Shown: positions 33,644 through 48,174, counted from the first letter of the whole stretch. The stretch: DNA of 63,705 bases, filler included, from Collodictyon triciliatum (GCA_043381765.1; 9 parts of 9 records of this genome joined end to end with filler, not necessarily neighbours in it); one strand, 5' to 3'. The notes: generated by a model not told the origin, from the letters alone. Translations and numbers: made by a program.

Positions 33644-36600
33644 CTAGCAGAGGCCGAGATACCCCGGGTCCAGATAATGCGAGATGCCGTCTGCATCGGC
33701 ACTTCCACGGGAACTGGCGATGGGTTTGAATCGATGCTCGGGTGGGTGGAGTTCGGGGCATATTCTATCGGCATCGTGGCACTTTCCACAGATGTTGACT
33801 TTGGACTCCGCCGCACAGTCCTGCCAAATACACAGGATTTTCAGTATGTCAGCTTTGGTGCTGTAGCTGGTGTGTGCCCAAGCGGATTGTGGAGGTGGCG
33901 TGAAGCCTTGTTTAGAGCATAGCTCAATATATGTGCCAAGGAAGATGAAGGAAAATGGACAGCCGGATGTCGGAGGACTTTGTATGAACTTGTTTACAAT
34001 TGAGTTTGCATCTATCTTCGTATTGTCTTTCCCTTTTTGATTTATAAAATAAAACGGAAAAAAAAAGTCAATCCTTGACAGAAAATATCTACCTTGCAAC
34101 AATATCGCGTTCCTATTATCGGCCTCATATGGCACGAGTTGCACTTTGTTAAAGGAGAATGAGTGAATCACAGAGGTATAACAAGCCAATATCATTCCAA
34201 GATAAAATTGACAAGAAATAAACAGAGAAAAACAGAGAAAAACAGAGAAAAACAGAGAAAAACAGAGAAAAACACAGAAAATTCCCGTGTAAAAACAGAG
34301 AAATAATTTTTTTGGGCTTAGTATCATGTTCAGCAAATTAATTTTTGATATCTTATATCCATTTCTGAAAAGCAGTCGTGTAGCTTTGCTAAATTCGCGC
34401 ATATACCTCGTAACCATCGTGTATCCTGTGCTTTCGAATGGACACTTCTTTGGGGGAGCCGCCTCTGCCCTTCCTGGCAGGCTCTGGAGGCTCTCCGTAG
34501 TCAAAATCGTCTTCCTGCTGGATTAGTAAAAGTAAGTCAATCAGAAGAAAAGAAAACTACACGCGAGGGAAAGCGGGATGCAACACAATTAATTCATTCA
34601 AAAAAATTGTCCTTTGTGAATGAAAAAAGTAAAAATAAAATAACATTCTCAAATGCTTTCTGCTCGCTCTGTGAAGTTGAGGATGCTGATTCACTGAATC
34701 TAAGAAAAAAGGCATATGTAAATCAATGGACCGCAAACTTTCCTTCTTTCTTTTCTTTTTTTTTTTTTTGACTAGGTGTGTGTTTGCATGCCATAATGAA
34801 ACCATATGCGATATCTACTTTCTGTACCCCACTTACTCGGTTGACGATGATGAATCTGAATCATCATTTCTGCGTCTTTTTCTTTGTGATCCCCTGTAAA
34901 GCTTTGAATCCTAATTATAGAACAAGATTAATATCGCCATATTGGGGGAGAGGGGCTATTTCATAGGCTTTTTGAGAGCATAACAGTAAGTTACTATGGT
35001 TATTTTCAATAAATATAATTCAAAATGAAAAAAATTGAGGTGAATATTAGATAGAAGCAAAATAGAACAAATGCCCATACAAACGCGCGTTACCTTTGAT
35101 GACGAGTCAGTTTTCCGTGGCCTTCCTCTCTTTAAGCTTTTTCCTTTCTTTAAGAAGACCTTTTGCAAGCGACTTGCTACCTGATATTTTGGTAATAAAA
35201 CTTTCCATCAGATATTATCCAAAAGCCTGTCTTTTGTTCCATACATAAAATAAAATATAAAAAAAAAACAAAAACAAATGAATGAATGGCCGATAAACAA
35301 ATAAACAGACCACCGAATAATCCATCGAATATATAAGGAAATCGCGAACTTTGTAGAAAGCATGTGTACCTGAGTAGGTGTTCTAGTTCCTAGGGCTGCA
35401 GATATCTTTTTCCATCTGTTTGCAGCGATTTCTTCTTTTGGATAAATTCGGAGTAGCTTCATTAGTTTGTTATTCTCCTCAGGCGTCCAACGCAAATGGT
35501 TGATTCCATTTGGTTCTGGACTGGGAGATTTTAGCTCCTAATTCATTAAAGGGTATAAGTGACTATCAAGTATAACGTTTCTACTTGCAACATAAGGATA
35601 TGATTTTTCATGGTGTTTACAGGTTACTGAGTGCAGTTCAAGCTATAATTCATATTGGATTATATGATTCTGCTGTTCAATTTTTAATTCATTGCCTTGC
35701 CTGCTTTTTGTTTCGCCTCCTTGTTTGTTTGTTTGTTTGTTTGTTTGTTTGTTTGTTTGTTTGTTTGTTTGTTTGTTTGTTTGTTTGTTTGTTTGTTTGT
35801 TTGTTTGTTTGTTTGTTTACCTTTCTTCGTGAATGATAGTTCTCGTGACTGGTTGACTCAGAATCAGAGTTTGACCCAGAACCATAGCTTAATTATAAAG
35901 TTATTAATCAGCTCTTGGAATTGTTTGCATATAAAGCAATTTGCATATAGACAATTCATGATTTTCTTCTTTCTTGATAAGTGTGAAAGTATGTTAAATA
36001 TGAACTGTTCATATTCCTTTGGTGGCGCAGTTTTATCTCGCAAAAACACAGCTGTATTCTATGACGAAAAGAAGTGGAATAGTTTGGAACTGCGGCATAC
36101 GCATGGATTTCCTTGTTGAAGATAATATAAAAAAATAAGTACCCGCGTTCTTCTCTCCGATTCACCATACTTCATGACCATTTCTTCATCTTCTCGTCTT
36201 TATGCGAAGCAGTTCCGATTAACCGAAAAGTCAAGGCCATGGGTGTCATTTGGAATCATCACAACATCAGGTGATAGATGTTAATTGAAGGTACTATGAA
36301 AAATATATTAGAACATACCTTATTCGTTCTATTTCTATATGGTCAAATAAGTTCAAGATCTCCTGCCCTTCAAAATTCCTGGGCGTAATATCTTCTTCGG
36401 TCAGTGGCTTCGGCATTATGGCAGGTCGATGACTTTTCTGGTCGTATTCCCCCAAGTTTATCTGTGGCAAAGGAGGAAGTCGATATGGCTCGGGGAGGGT
36501 TGGCAACTTCTATTGGTATTGAGAGACCCACTTTAGCGTAAATACATGAAACACGTGCAATTATATTATCATGATACATCGTACATCATTCTGTTAGTAT

Positions 36601-39600
36601 TTGAATCTGAAACCAAGTTCCAAGAAAATACGAATTGATCATTAGGGTGATTGGAATGTATAGGAACCTTGTCTATGAGTATTTGCACAAAATTTAGAGG
36701 TTGTGCTAACGAATCTGACTTCCATTTTGTCAAAATCGCCAAATCATGCAAGCTGCTTGATTTTATTTCTTTCAAGCGGGTTATGTAGCGCACAAGCTTC
36801 CTGTAGCTATTTTTGTGTTCAAAAATCGTAAATATCACATGAGTTTATATTTGAAAAAAAATTAAACAAGCATTTGTATCATTTGGGGTGAGCATTTAAT
36901 TACTCTTTAGTTTGCTTCATTTTCTCTACTCTTTTTGACCGCTTTTCACATAGTCTGTCAGTATTATCCAATATGAAATCCTATTCATGAAGCACATATT
37001 ATTAACAACTGTCAAATATATTCTATTGTATTTAATGATGATTGATTTAATAGAGGCCAAATTCGCTTATATTCTTTTCTAAAATAAAAAATAATGGAAG
37101 GACGCGACAGAAATTTTGTGTTTTTTTTTAAAGAAAAAGTAACTAATTTTTGATGCTATGGTAACTTATGGTATATAATATTTTATCTTTCAAAAGTAAC
37201 CTCGTCTTCGACTTTATTAGGCAGCTCTCCTGTGTTGGATTGGTCTATAAAAAGTGGGTGCGAAAATCCAGATTCATCGGCATCTTGTTGTCTTTCTTTA
37301 AGCTGTTTCAATTCTTTCTTTGAGCTGGGTTTCTTCTGTGGTTGTTGCTGTGGTTGTGGTTGTGATTGAGATTGCGCACTAATCCGTCGCATTGGCCGGC
37401 TTGGTTCTTTGATAGTGATGTTGTCAAGTTGGGGCTGCCCCGAACTCTCAGTACTTTTGTCATCTGATCCATAAGAATGGGATACGCTGCGTTTATTGGC
37501 ATCATCCATATCCGAGCCGCCTGATTCGTTGAAGTTCACATCTTCATCATCAATAGCTTCGTCCTCATTCTTATCGCTCGATCTATCGACAGGAATGGAT
37601 AACTCCTCTTCTTTGACTACCTGCATTAGGGCGACCATTTTCCCCGCTTTCCTTGAATGATAAGTCGGTTGCAGATCTTTCGACCTACCGGGAAGCTCGA
37701 TATTTTTTCCAGCTCCCAATCCTGTCTGAACTTTTTGTTGTGTGTGAGATGGAGGCATCGGGGTTGTTGAAGGGTTTCGTGATGATGTTTGGTGGTCAGC
37801 ATTTCGGGTCTTGAGTCCCAGAGACTCTGCACTATTGGGAGCTTTGAGGCTTCTCGTATATATCCCTAACGATTTGGACGTATCCTGCCCTATATTTCTC
37901 CCCGTGATTTTTGTATTTGTGTGCAACCCTTGACTCCGTTGGTGGTGGTCAAGGTATTTTCCAACCTGTTGCTCTTCATGCCGATCGACGTTGTCGTAGA
38001 TGGCATATTGTAGTTCATCTGATGGTTGGTTTTGATTGTCACTGATAGCAGAATCTACAAGGCTTGAAAGGATTTCTTCCTCCACTGCGTCTCCACTCCC
38101 ATCAAAATGGTGGTCAGAAAGGTCAAAGCCACATCTTCTCGCGTTCACTTTCTGGCGCGAGGACAAACCTTCACTATGCGACTCCTCGCCTTGCTTATCT
38201 AAAAAAAAAAAAATCAACCAATCACGAAATAAAAATGAATTCCAAAAATTGATTCGTAAATTCAGTTTAAAATTGAAAATATATGTAAAATAGGCACAAA
38301 TATTATATAACAAAAATAAGTTGAAATGGTATGCGATAACTATCTCACAACTCGCTGTTTTTCGTAAATTTTTCCCCCGAGAGTTGTCATAGTGGTCAGC
38401 TCCTGTACTGTATGCTTGCAGTGGTGAAAATATATGACTTGGCACAGCTGTACGTGAATAGTCAAGCTCTAAGCCGTATTTTTCATTCGGGTGTAGTCTT
38501 TCGTAAACGTCTTCGACTCTGCTGTCCGCGTCTGCATTGTCGCTGTCACTGTTTTCATCATTATCGTCACCGTCATCGTCACAATCACTATGCTCTTCCT
38601 CTCCGTTATCATCATATTCGCTACCCGGATTTTGTTGCTCATTGTATTCTGGGTCATCTTCGTTGTTGGCATCTTCGTTGTACCCTTCATCATCTCCTAG
38701 CAAATCATTTTCTGATTCACTCTCTGCATCCTCTTGTTGCGCTTGGGTGTCGCTCTCGTGTGTGGTCTCCAACTGGTCCACGCCATAATCTTCTTCTGCA
38801 CAAGACTCCAATTCTTCATTTTCGTTTCCCTCGTTCTCTTCATATTCATCATTCGTGCTTTGATGAGCAAACATCCCTGCAATAATATCGTTCGGGTCAT
38901 TCATGGAGTCGTTATCATCCTCTTGAAACTCCCTGTCATCGATGTCTTGGTCATCTTCGCCAAGTGCATTCAATTGCTGCTGGTCCTTATGCTCTTCTTC
39001 ATGGTACTTTCCTGTCGCAAATGCACCAGCGCCATGGAATGAATCGCCGTGATGATCATCCCGATAGTTTACCAAACTCTCTATGAGGGGCGGCCTTGTG
39101 TGCAAATGATCTGGATTGATGCCAGAACAGTAAGCATCCTGGTAAATAGGATAATTATGAGATGCAGACTCATGCACATGATTCAGTTGAGGATGGCTGT
39201 GGTGATGATGATGGTGGTGGTGGTGGTTGTATGGCTCGTCCACTTTCCCTTGCATATCCCGCTGCTCTTCATGCTGGTGAATTGCAGGGTGATAGACAAG
39301 TCGTGGGTTTATGGACTGCGTCTGGGCACTATGTTCATAATTCAAATCTAATGAAACATATCTAGTTGTATTTCCCATCCCCTCTCCTTCCTCTAACTCC
39401 TCTTCTTCCTCTTCCTGTTGCTTCTCATCTTCCTCTCCAAAATCCTCTCTGTTCTGGTTATTGTGGGTGAAAATATGTTGCTGCATCTGGGTGTGTGCTG
39501 CTCCGCCTTTTCTTGGCGGATGTTCATGCCGCGCGACCTGACGTCCCGTTTGGCCTTGGAACGCATGATTGGAATCAGAGTTGCGATTGATGACAGAATG

Positions 39601-39963
39601 TGTGTAATGTGTCTGCGTTTGCGTTTGCGTTTGCGTTTGCGTTTGCGTTTGTGATGCGCCTGGGATCGACTGAAAGACACTGGGTGGGTATGACTGGCGC
39701 ATCGGCGGCTGCGGGTTCTTTCCAGCATAGCGAGGATGCGAATGCCCATTATTCGATTTGCCTGCTCGTGTGCCTGCGTGACTGGTAATGTCGGCGGGCT
39801 CCTTCGAGTGCTCCTCCTGCTTCAGTAGGTCGGCAAGGCTCGTTTCTGTCTCCTCATCGTCAATGCCGTCGATGTCTACCTCCAAATCCTCGTCTTCGTC
39901 TTTGCGCTTTGATACGGTTCGTCTCGGGTGCTCGAACCCAGTGCGCTTCTTTTGCTGCCGCAT
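33644..39963 (-). CDS. ZZZ3: ZZZ3-like protein (long acidic disordered N-terminus, helical segment, SANT/Myb domain, ZZ zinc finger)
   Basis: KDYRKLVRYITRL...QPLNFV; SANT domain WTPEENNKLMKLLRIYPKEEIAANRWKKISAALGTRTPTQ|VASRLQK; ZZ finger HDGYE|CNSCHMRPIIGTRYCCK|DC...CGKCH...HPPEH; C-terminal YLDPGY matching the ZZZ3 YLDPNY tail. Confidence 0.85.
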
Positions 39964-40290
39964 CGCACTGATTGTCGGTCGATAAACATAGTTTTCGATA
40001 ATTTTATTGTAAATTCTATTATGCCCTTTGTTTTTCTGTTTTTCTGTTTTTCTGTTTTTCTGTTTTTCTGTTTTTCTGTTTTTCTGTTTTTCTGTTTTTC
40101 TGTTTTTCTGTTTTTCTGTTTTTCTGTTTTTCTGTTTNNNNNNNNNNNNNNNNNNNNNNNNNNNNNNNNNNNNNNNNNNNNTTAATTAATTAANNNNNNN
40201 NNNNNNNNNNNNNNNNNNNNNNNNNNNNNNNNNNNNNATCTAAACTCAAAGTGTGCAATTGACTAATTCCTGTGTGCGAGAGTGGGAAGC

Positions 40291-40385
<95 letters not shown>

Positions 40386-40388
40386 TAC

Positions 40389-42093
40389 CTCTCTGTCGAA
40401 CGCACTGATGGTGGCAAACGCCAAGGCAATTCCGCCCCAGTCAGAGACACCAGATAGAATGAGATGGTCGGACTCGACATGGCAGGCAATCGCCTCTCCG
40501 TGCGGGACATGCGTTCTGTGGGAGCCAGTTGCGATAGAGCCGTCTGAGTCAGCATAGGGGAAAAGGAGGCGCCTTATTTCCTTCTAGTGCATATGGCCTA
40601 CCTACCGAACCAAATCACGCACGTTTCCGGTGCCGCACTCGTTGCCGCCATCGCCAATCCCAATCAGCGTGATTCTGCCAATGGGGTCTGAGGGGGAAAG
40701 AAAGAAAGAAAGAGAGAGAGGCATGTGATTAAAGAGGCGAGTGGACATACAAAAAGGTGACCGGGTGACCCCTTCAATAAATATGGATGACTGTTATAAA
40801 CGAGCCTTCTGGGTTGTGCTCCCGACACTGACGGACGTAAACAAAGACTTCATCGGCCTCGGCTGTGATGTCCGACATGTCGATGGCCCTCATGCTAGGT
40901 TTCATTCAATGCGGGAAAATGCCGCGTGATGAGTAAACCATGCTGATGAACCACTTCTCCCCCCCATAGGAGCAATGGTTTTCTTCCGAAAAGATTCAGA
41001 GAAATAGATAAAGAATCAAAGTTGTCCGCTTGATATTCGGGGCAAATAATTAAGTCCGGTTACAACAAAACTCAATACGAACTTTTACTCGTAGTCGTAT
41101 TGACAATCGTGTTTTAGATAAATTCACCTGTAATATTTTGAATCAGCCGCGCGACCAGGTCTTTCGATTGATACGACGTGGTCAACCTTGACAGAATAAG
41201 AAGGGAAATAAAAAAAAAAAGGGTGAACAAAAAAAAAAAAACGTTGGGTGGTAATTTGCTAATCTGGCATGAGTGGGATACGATTAGCAGACCATGTTCG
41301 TCTGCAACCATTCAGCAACAAAGCCCTGTCTTTTTTCTTGGTCCAGATGCATCGGAAACAGCATCACAGGAGGGATTCTGTCAAAGCCTGCGTGGCTGAT
41401 TGCCGTCTTCAGCCCGTGTTCGTTGGGTGAATCTGTCACAAACATGACAGCCTTGCCAATACCTACAAGTGCTTTTGCCCTGTGAAGCAAATATGACAGA
41501 GTGCTTTGCAAGAATAAAAGAAAAGGAGAAGGACCCCTGCCTCCTAACTTACTGGCGGTAATAGCATGGGCGGACACAAGCATGCACATATATGTATCTT
41601 CAATTGTGTTTGCATTCTGAATGTGATGCTTACAACGAAACTGCACCAATAAGCCCGTCATTCTCCTGCTTTCCTTGAGACTTGATGAAGAAGCCCACGA
41701 TGATGGCCACGCACCGACTTTGCGAAAGAGAGTCAGCAGCATTACGCAACCCGCCTTGTTTATTGGTTAATATATATATTTCAATATAAGCGCATCAAAG
41801 TTTTGTTTTTATATTATATATTTAATTGTGCACTATTATTCATGTTTTCTTAGATATGGCAGCAGGCGCCCTTTATGCACACGATCAACTTAATTGAGTT
41901 CGAAGAGACGCAAAGAGTCTACCGGCTCCGATATACAAAGAGGGAGACAGGAAAGATAAAAGAAAAAAAGAAAAAAAAAAAAGGAAAAACAACCTTTTGT
42001 CGTTGGGAAGATCGAGGCAAGGCCGCGACTGCCCGGATCCTGATGAAGCACCGCTTCGAGTTGATCAGCTGCTGCTCCGGCCGACGCGCTCAT
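40389..42093 (-). CDS. D-glutamate cyclase-like protein, DUF4392 domain only, 3' truncated
   Basis: QDPGSRGL, VAIIVGF, ENDG, VVSIERPGRAADSKYYSMR, IGIGDGGNE and IACHVESDHLILSGVSDWGGIALA occur in the order known for DUF4392 and the DGLUCY C-terminal domain. Confidence 0.85.
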
Positions 42094-42265
42094 CTCAACT
42101 GCTTTGCCTTCACGCAACAAAAGTAATCAAGGACAAACAGGCAGAACAAAGCAAAAACAGCCTTCGTTTTCACCCCCGCATACAAAAGGCTCGTGCTTTT
42201 GAGAAGATGAAGGGAGTTCTGGGCGGCAGGTTCTGGCCTTTGGCACTCAGCTTGCGTGAGATGTT

Positions 42266-45200
42266 TTATGATACAAGATGGGGCGCGTGGCCGTGCGGCA
42301 GCTCATGTTGGCTAGCGCCTTGGGTTCGGGGCCTATCCATCACATCAAAACAGCCATGAATCAACAGTACATATCTGAATCACAGACAAATTGAGAACAA
42401 AAATAAAAGTCAGAATAAGAATAATAATAAAAATAATAATAATAAATAATCCACTTACTGTTGGTGGCTTCGGTTCCACATGAGCCGGTGATGGTGTTGA
42501 GCGAGCCTAATGGTGAGATGAGTATATATAAAAAGAAGCAATTAACCACAAAATGCACAAAGAACCGATTCGTAAAGCAACACGCAACTCGGAATATCCA
42601 AAGCACTTCAATACACTCAAATCCGCGAATCCGAAGGAAGATATATACATATACAAGGAGGTTCGAGTCGCCCATGGTTCGGAGCGTAAAAGCACTGACC
42701 TTTGATGCACTCGGCACAGCCGGGAGTGTATCGCGCTCTGTACGCGCCTTCCTCGGAGACGGATACGAGTGGGTGTTTGCGGCAGACGCAGGTTTTTCCT
42801 TTTGCTGGGCAGCATCGGGCAAAGCCATCGGGGCGAGAATCGCGGTGTTTGTTGGCGAGAAGCTGACTTTGCGAGGGGTGTTTACAGAGGGAAGGGCGAT
42901 TGGGGGATGCGCAGAAGACGCGCCGCTTTGACCATGTTGCTCCGTTTTTTGAGCTTCATAAGAATCATTCTGCACGGCCGCAGACATGGATGGGATGATG
43001 GCGGTGATTGTGGTGTTTTGTGTTGCTAATCCAGTCTTTCCATGGACAAAGGAAGGCGATGTTGACTCCGAGCGTGGCTGGTGCGTTGGGTAGAAGAGCG
43101 AAGAGGACATCTCCGGTCGGCTGCTTTGTTCGCGCAGTAAATCTGCTCCGGTATTGATGGCGGGGGAGTCGCTTTCGGTATTGATGGGTGGGGTTGCCGT
43201 GATGGTTGATGCAGAGTTTGGCCGTCGAATCGGGCGCGAGCCCATCGCTGAGAACTGCAGGTTGACAGGGTGGTTGCTTGCCGATAGAACAATTGCCTAG
43301 ATGGAATCAAATAAAACAAAACAAAACAAAACAAAACAAAACAAAACAAAACAAAACAAAACAAAACAAAACAAAACAAAACAAAACAAAACAAAACAAA
43401 ACAAAACAAAACAAAACAAAACAAAACAAACGATTAGTAATGGTAATATAATACTCATAAAAGCTTTCGATTATTTTTATGAAAATAAAATATGCGCCTA
43501 TAGTCAATGCAAGAGGGAAAATAGGAATGAAAAGTTAATATCATTATTGAAGGAAATCCTCAGTCCTGCACAAAAGTTGAAAGGAAGAATAAAAAAAAAA
43601 AAATCATTATTGAAGGAAATCATATTCATTAAAAAGCTCAATTGGAGTACCTTTTGCATGTTTTCTGGGCCGATGATTCCTTCGATGATTCGCATTATTT
43701 CCTGGTAATTAATTCGGCGATTTCGTATTTCTTCTTCAAGGCCGTCTTCCAGTGCCTTTCAATATATTACAATTTGTCAGAAATAGGCTGGGATGCGAAT
43801 ACATTTAAATATACAACAAGAAAATGAGTCGAAACGTATCATCATAAAGATCACAATGATGTTAATGAAAAAAGAAGAAAAAAGAAGGGAAACCATGTTT
43901 AAGAATAAAGTGGGCACATGAGTTTGATATATAAATACTAAGCGATTCAAATAATAAATAAATAAATAAACCCAAAACCTTAAGCGATTCCTGTGATATA
44001 TGTATCGAACGACTTCGGGATGACAGCTCCTTTTGGAATTCTGAATTCAACTTATTAACCTCAGTCTGTATTTTGGAGAGAGCCCCACTACATTATTTTA
44101 TTATTATTATTGATTAAATGCGTTATATGAATCAACAAATTCTGGGGACATCGAAAGAAATAAAAATAAAAAAACGATGTAGACTAACCGCTACTATAAG
44201 AACTTACGCAATAGTGCCCGTCTCAGACTTTTTTGTGCCTTCAGTTTGATATTCACTTGAGGAGTCAGATAGCGTTTGTGAGGAATCGCTCAATAATCTA
44301 ATCCAAATTTTACACCAAGGGAAAAGAAAATAAGGGCGTTTTGGATTCAATTACTATACGTCGATAAACGAAACAGCTTTGTATGAATCAAAGAATGTAA
44401 AGAAACAAGTACGCCTCATTCGAATCTGATGGTGATATAGTTTTCTGCTCTGTTTGTCTTTTTTTCCGAGATGGCTTGTTTTCTATCTCTTTTTGGACTT
44501 TATCGATTACGAATAATGCACCCTACACGAAATTTGAACCAGAATATCAATATACATTTATAGTTTGGCGCAATTAAACAGTAATTTGATTAGTTATAAA
44601 GAAAACAAGATGAAAAAAATACGTCCGTTTTCTCTGTATTAGACTTTGTCTGGGATGCAAGCAAAGATAGCTCTTCTTTAATTTCATCTAGGCGTGTTAT
44701 AAGTTTCTCGTCCTTTTTCCTCTAGAGTCAGATTTAAACATTCAATTGATTTTTCCTCGCATGCAAGAGATTTCATCATTTCATTATCTATATATTATCG
44801 GCACTATTTATTTTCTATTAAAAATCACATTATATAATCATGGAAGAATTCTTACTCCATAAACAAAAACTTCTTCGTTTAGTTTCGAGACATCACCACC
44901 TAGCTTAGCAGTCGCCTTCTTCAGCTCTGCAATCTCTACAACGAAGTAAATATTACCACTTTGAATCGAATAAAGAAATAGAGAATAAAAATAACTAAAT
45001 TGTAGTAAATGGTTTCATATCTGGTATCGATATAATAAAAAGAAAGAAAGACAAAAAGAAAGAATTTCGAAAATTACTATCATTATGTGGAACATTAGCT
45101 CACCCTTAGATCGAATTTCGTCCATTATTGCATATTGTTGATGATTCGAATCCAAAGTTTCATTCGCACTTGAGGAAGATGCAGAGTTTTGGCTCGACAT

Positions 45201-47483
45201 ATTGTGTGGGATTGCATTCAACTTCAGAGGAAAAAATGTAAATGTTACAATGAGAACATAGATCATAGCGCATCTTCAAAACAACCTTCAACAATTCGGT
45301 CATTGTCTCTGATAAGCGAATTTCCAGTTCTCCTAGCCTCTCTATCGCCCACGACCTGAAAACAGAGTGCATAAAATGAATGCTCTGTTTGGAATAGAAA
45401 ATGTTTGATAAACACATGGAGCACATTTTGAAGTGAGTTGAGACCTGATGGAACCTTCTTTATCTCTCAGTATCGTATTCAAATGCTCCACCGACACTTC
45501 TAGACTCTAGGGAATGCAAATTACAAATAGAATATAGGCTGAAAAAAAAAACTTATATTGAAGACTCTTGGAAAAGTAATATTAGTTAATCGTGGTGACT
45601 AAAAAGCAATAGGAACCCCACATACTCTAGAATTTTCACGAAGGGACCCCTCTAATAGGCGAACGCGGTCACGAACTAGGACCATGTCCTCGGTATTATG
45701 TTGGCTTTATAATCGAAACAATATAAAATTAAAGTGGCATCACATTTCCAACAAATAAAATCGAGTCTGGGTCATGTATGAGATAGACATAAAACAGCCC
45801 TACCAATCAAGTTTCACTGTATTGACGCGATCAACAACACTTTGGAATTCCTCTTGGAACGCAAGAATTCGGGCTGCATCCTGGCGAGCGACATTGATTT
45901 CTGTCTGCAGAGTTCCAAATGCAGACCGAATATATCTAATGGCAGTAATATACTCAAATAAATCTGTGCATTCAAGTAATATGCGTGATGGTATACATAT
46001 ATTCATATTTGCGAAGGGGATAAAACGATGCATTAGAGAATTCATGAATTACTGGGCCTGATTGTCAATATCGCCTTTTGTCTGCACTATGATTCCAGCT
46101 AATCCTTTCTTTACATCATCTTCAAACTTGTGTAGATTTTCAGTGAGAAGGCGGATATCGTCGTCGATACATTCGTCCTACGATATTTTGTTTGTGAGTT
46201 GAGTTCAATCACGCGTAAACATCATAATTACGTAATATATGCTCCTTTTTTTTTAAAAAAAAAAAAAGGTATTGATTGTCTTCGGTAAATGGAAATGTAT
46301 TTTTTTTGTTTCAAATGGAAAGAAGGAAGCAGGAAAAGAAAGGGAGAGAAATAGCGACCTTATCAGCCAACGTCTCAATTTGCTCATCGTGTTTGGACAT
46401 GAATGGGGTCAAAGTGCTTTCTTGGATTGATATTCTTCCTTCGAGGCTAGATATGGTTCATACATGTGTGTAAAGTGGGGTGGATTCAACATGCAAAATA
46501 AACTTAACAATTTATTCCGAAAGATAATAGCGATATGATTGTACTTTTCAATTGATTGGTCCATCCTTGATGTCTTTTTGTAGAAGCTGTTATAGAGTTC
46601 CTGTTATGGTACAATAATAATTTTAAAAAATGTGTAAATAGAAAATAATGCGATGAATCCTATAGAATTTCAAAAACATAAACATAATGCGCATATATAT
46701 GAGTATCACATCTTTGGTTCTGCTGATTAAGATTCTCAAAGACTCTTCCATGTTTGTCATTTCGTCTGAAAAAAAATGAAGGAAATTAATGAATTTTTTT
46801 TTTAAAAAAAAAAGAGGACGTAGCAACCTTAAGTTTTCTAAACTAGCTTGCCACTTTAAAGAAAATGACTTGACATATTCTAAATTAGATATTTTTGCAG
46901 ATGCCATAATCGAGCGCTAAATGGGGAGTGTTTTTTTTTTTCCCCAAAAAATAAAGGAAAGTGGAGATTTTATCCCTTTTTGAGTGTAACAATTATAGCA
47001 AACATAAATGAATATAAATAGAAAAGGCACGTTTTCTATCCTCAAGTTGCTTCTCGTGTGCGTTGCGGTCTTTCATCAAAACCTCAATCTGTGAAGACAT
47101 TCGCGTATTTTCAACCAGAGTTCTAGCCACCAAATCCTGTAATTCAGAAAGTCTGGCCTCCATCAGGCCAAGCCTTTGATCTGAAGCAATCTTGTTTCCT
47201 TCGACATACTAGAATATTCAGAAATACAAACCAATTCATCATTTGAATGTTGATGGGTTCGTCGAAGGAATTACGCATCACTGACATAAGAGGATTGGCG
47301 ATATTCGTTCCTCACCTCAAAATCAACTTTCTTTTTCAGAATTTGGGAAATCTCCATCTTGGAGGCCTTCTTTTCCACATGTAGCTCCATCCTTTGCATG
47401 GCTTCTCCCAAAACATGAATCTGGTCACATACAGCAGTTAACTTCTTGCGCAAAGCCGGAGGTACTTCTACAAATAAATCCAT
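42266..47483 (-). CDS. unknown multi-exon coiled-coil protein with S/P-rich disordered C-terminus (may extend 5' to about 47990)
   Basis: Many short heptad-rich exons, phase-consistent where traced (MQRMELHVEKKASKMEISQILKK, EMTNMEESLRILISRTKD|ELYNSF, QTEINVARQDAARILAFQEEF), and a large low-complexity exon at about 42680-43255. Confidence 0.6.
43313..43430. repeat. (AAAAC)n intronic microsatellite; other simple repeats at 7808-7959, 24157-24259, 34220-34281, 40029-40137, 40290-40386, 48275-48375, 59451-59663 and 59827-59850
   Basis: Perfect or near-perfect arrays with 2-10 nt units. Confidence 0.92.
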
Positions 47484-47704
47484 CGTTAGGTTTCGCCGCC
47501 GTGATTGGCTGATTTTATTGTGTAAAGATCGAACGAAACAGGGGACAACGACTGGCTCAATTTCTTTTCGATGTAGACAAGCTCCACATCCATTTTGTTT
47601 GGGGCGTATTTGCGTTTAAGATATTGGCTTGTTTTTGTTCAGGGATTTACTTTTACATATGATATATCAAACTTTGCAGTAACAAGATAATAAAAAATAT
47701 ATAT

Positions 47705-47735
<31 letters not shown>

Positions 47736-48084
47736 CAAAACAAATGAGAATAAGAACACCAATTCATGTATGACTTATGACCATACAACAAACCCTTATA
47801 GATACATTAATACTCAGAAAATGGACATCATTGAAAGTCTCACCGACAGTCCAAGCCATATCTTCGTCTTCAAACATCAGAGGATTTCCATCACCCCGGC
47901 GCAAATACGGGCTATTCTTGACAAGCGGATCGGGTGTTGGTCCGCTGCTCCTTACATGACTGATCGGTGGAATTGCAGGTTCCTTTTGCATGTTCCTCTA
48001 TCTTTTTTCTGTAATTTTATACCTTTATTATACAAGTATATGTGAATAAACGATGAAGAAAAGAAAAAAGAAAAAAAAGCAGGG

Positions 48085-48115
<31 letters not shown>

Positions 48116-48139
48116 TTTGTTTTTTTTTTTTTTCTCTTT

Positions 48140-48174
<35 letters not shown>

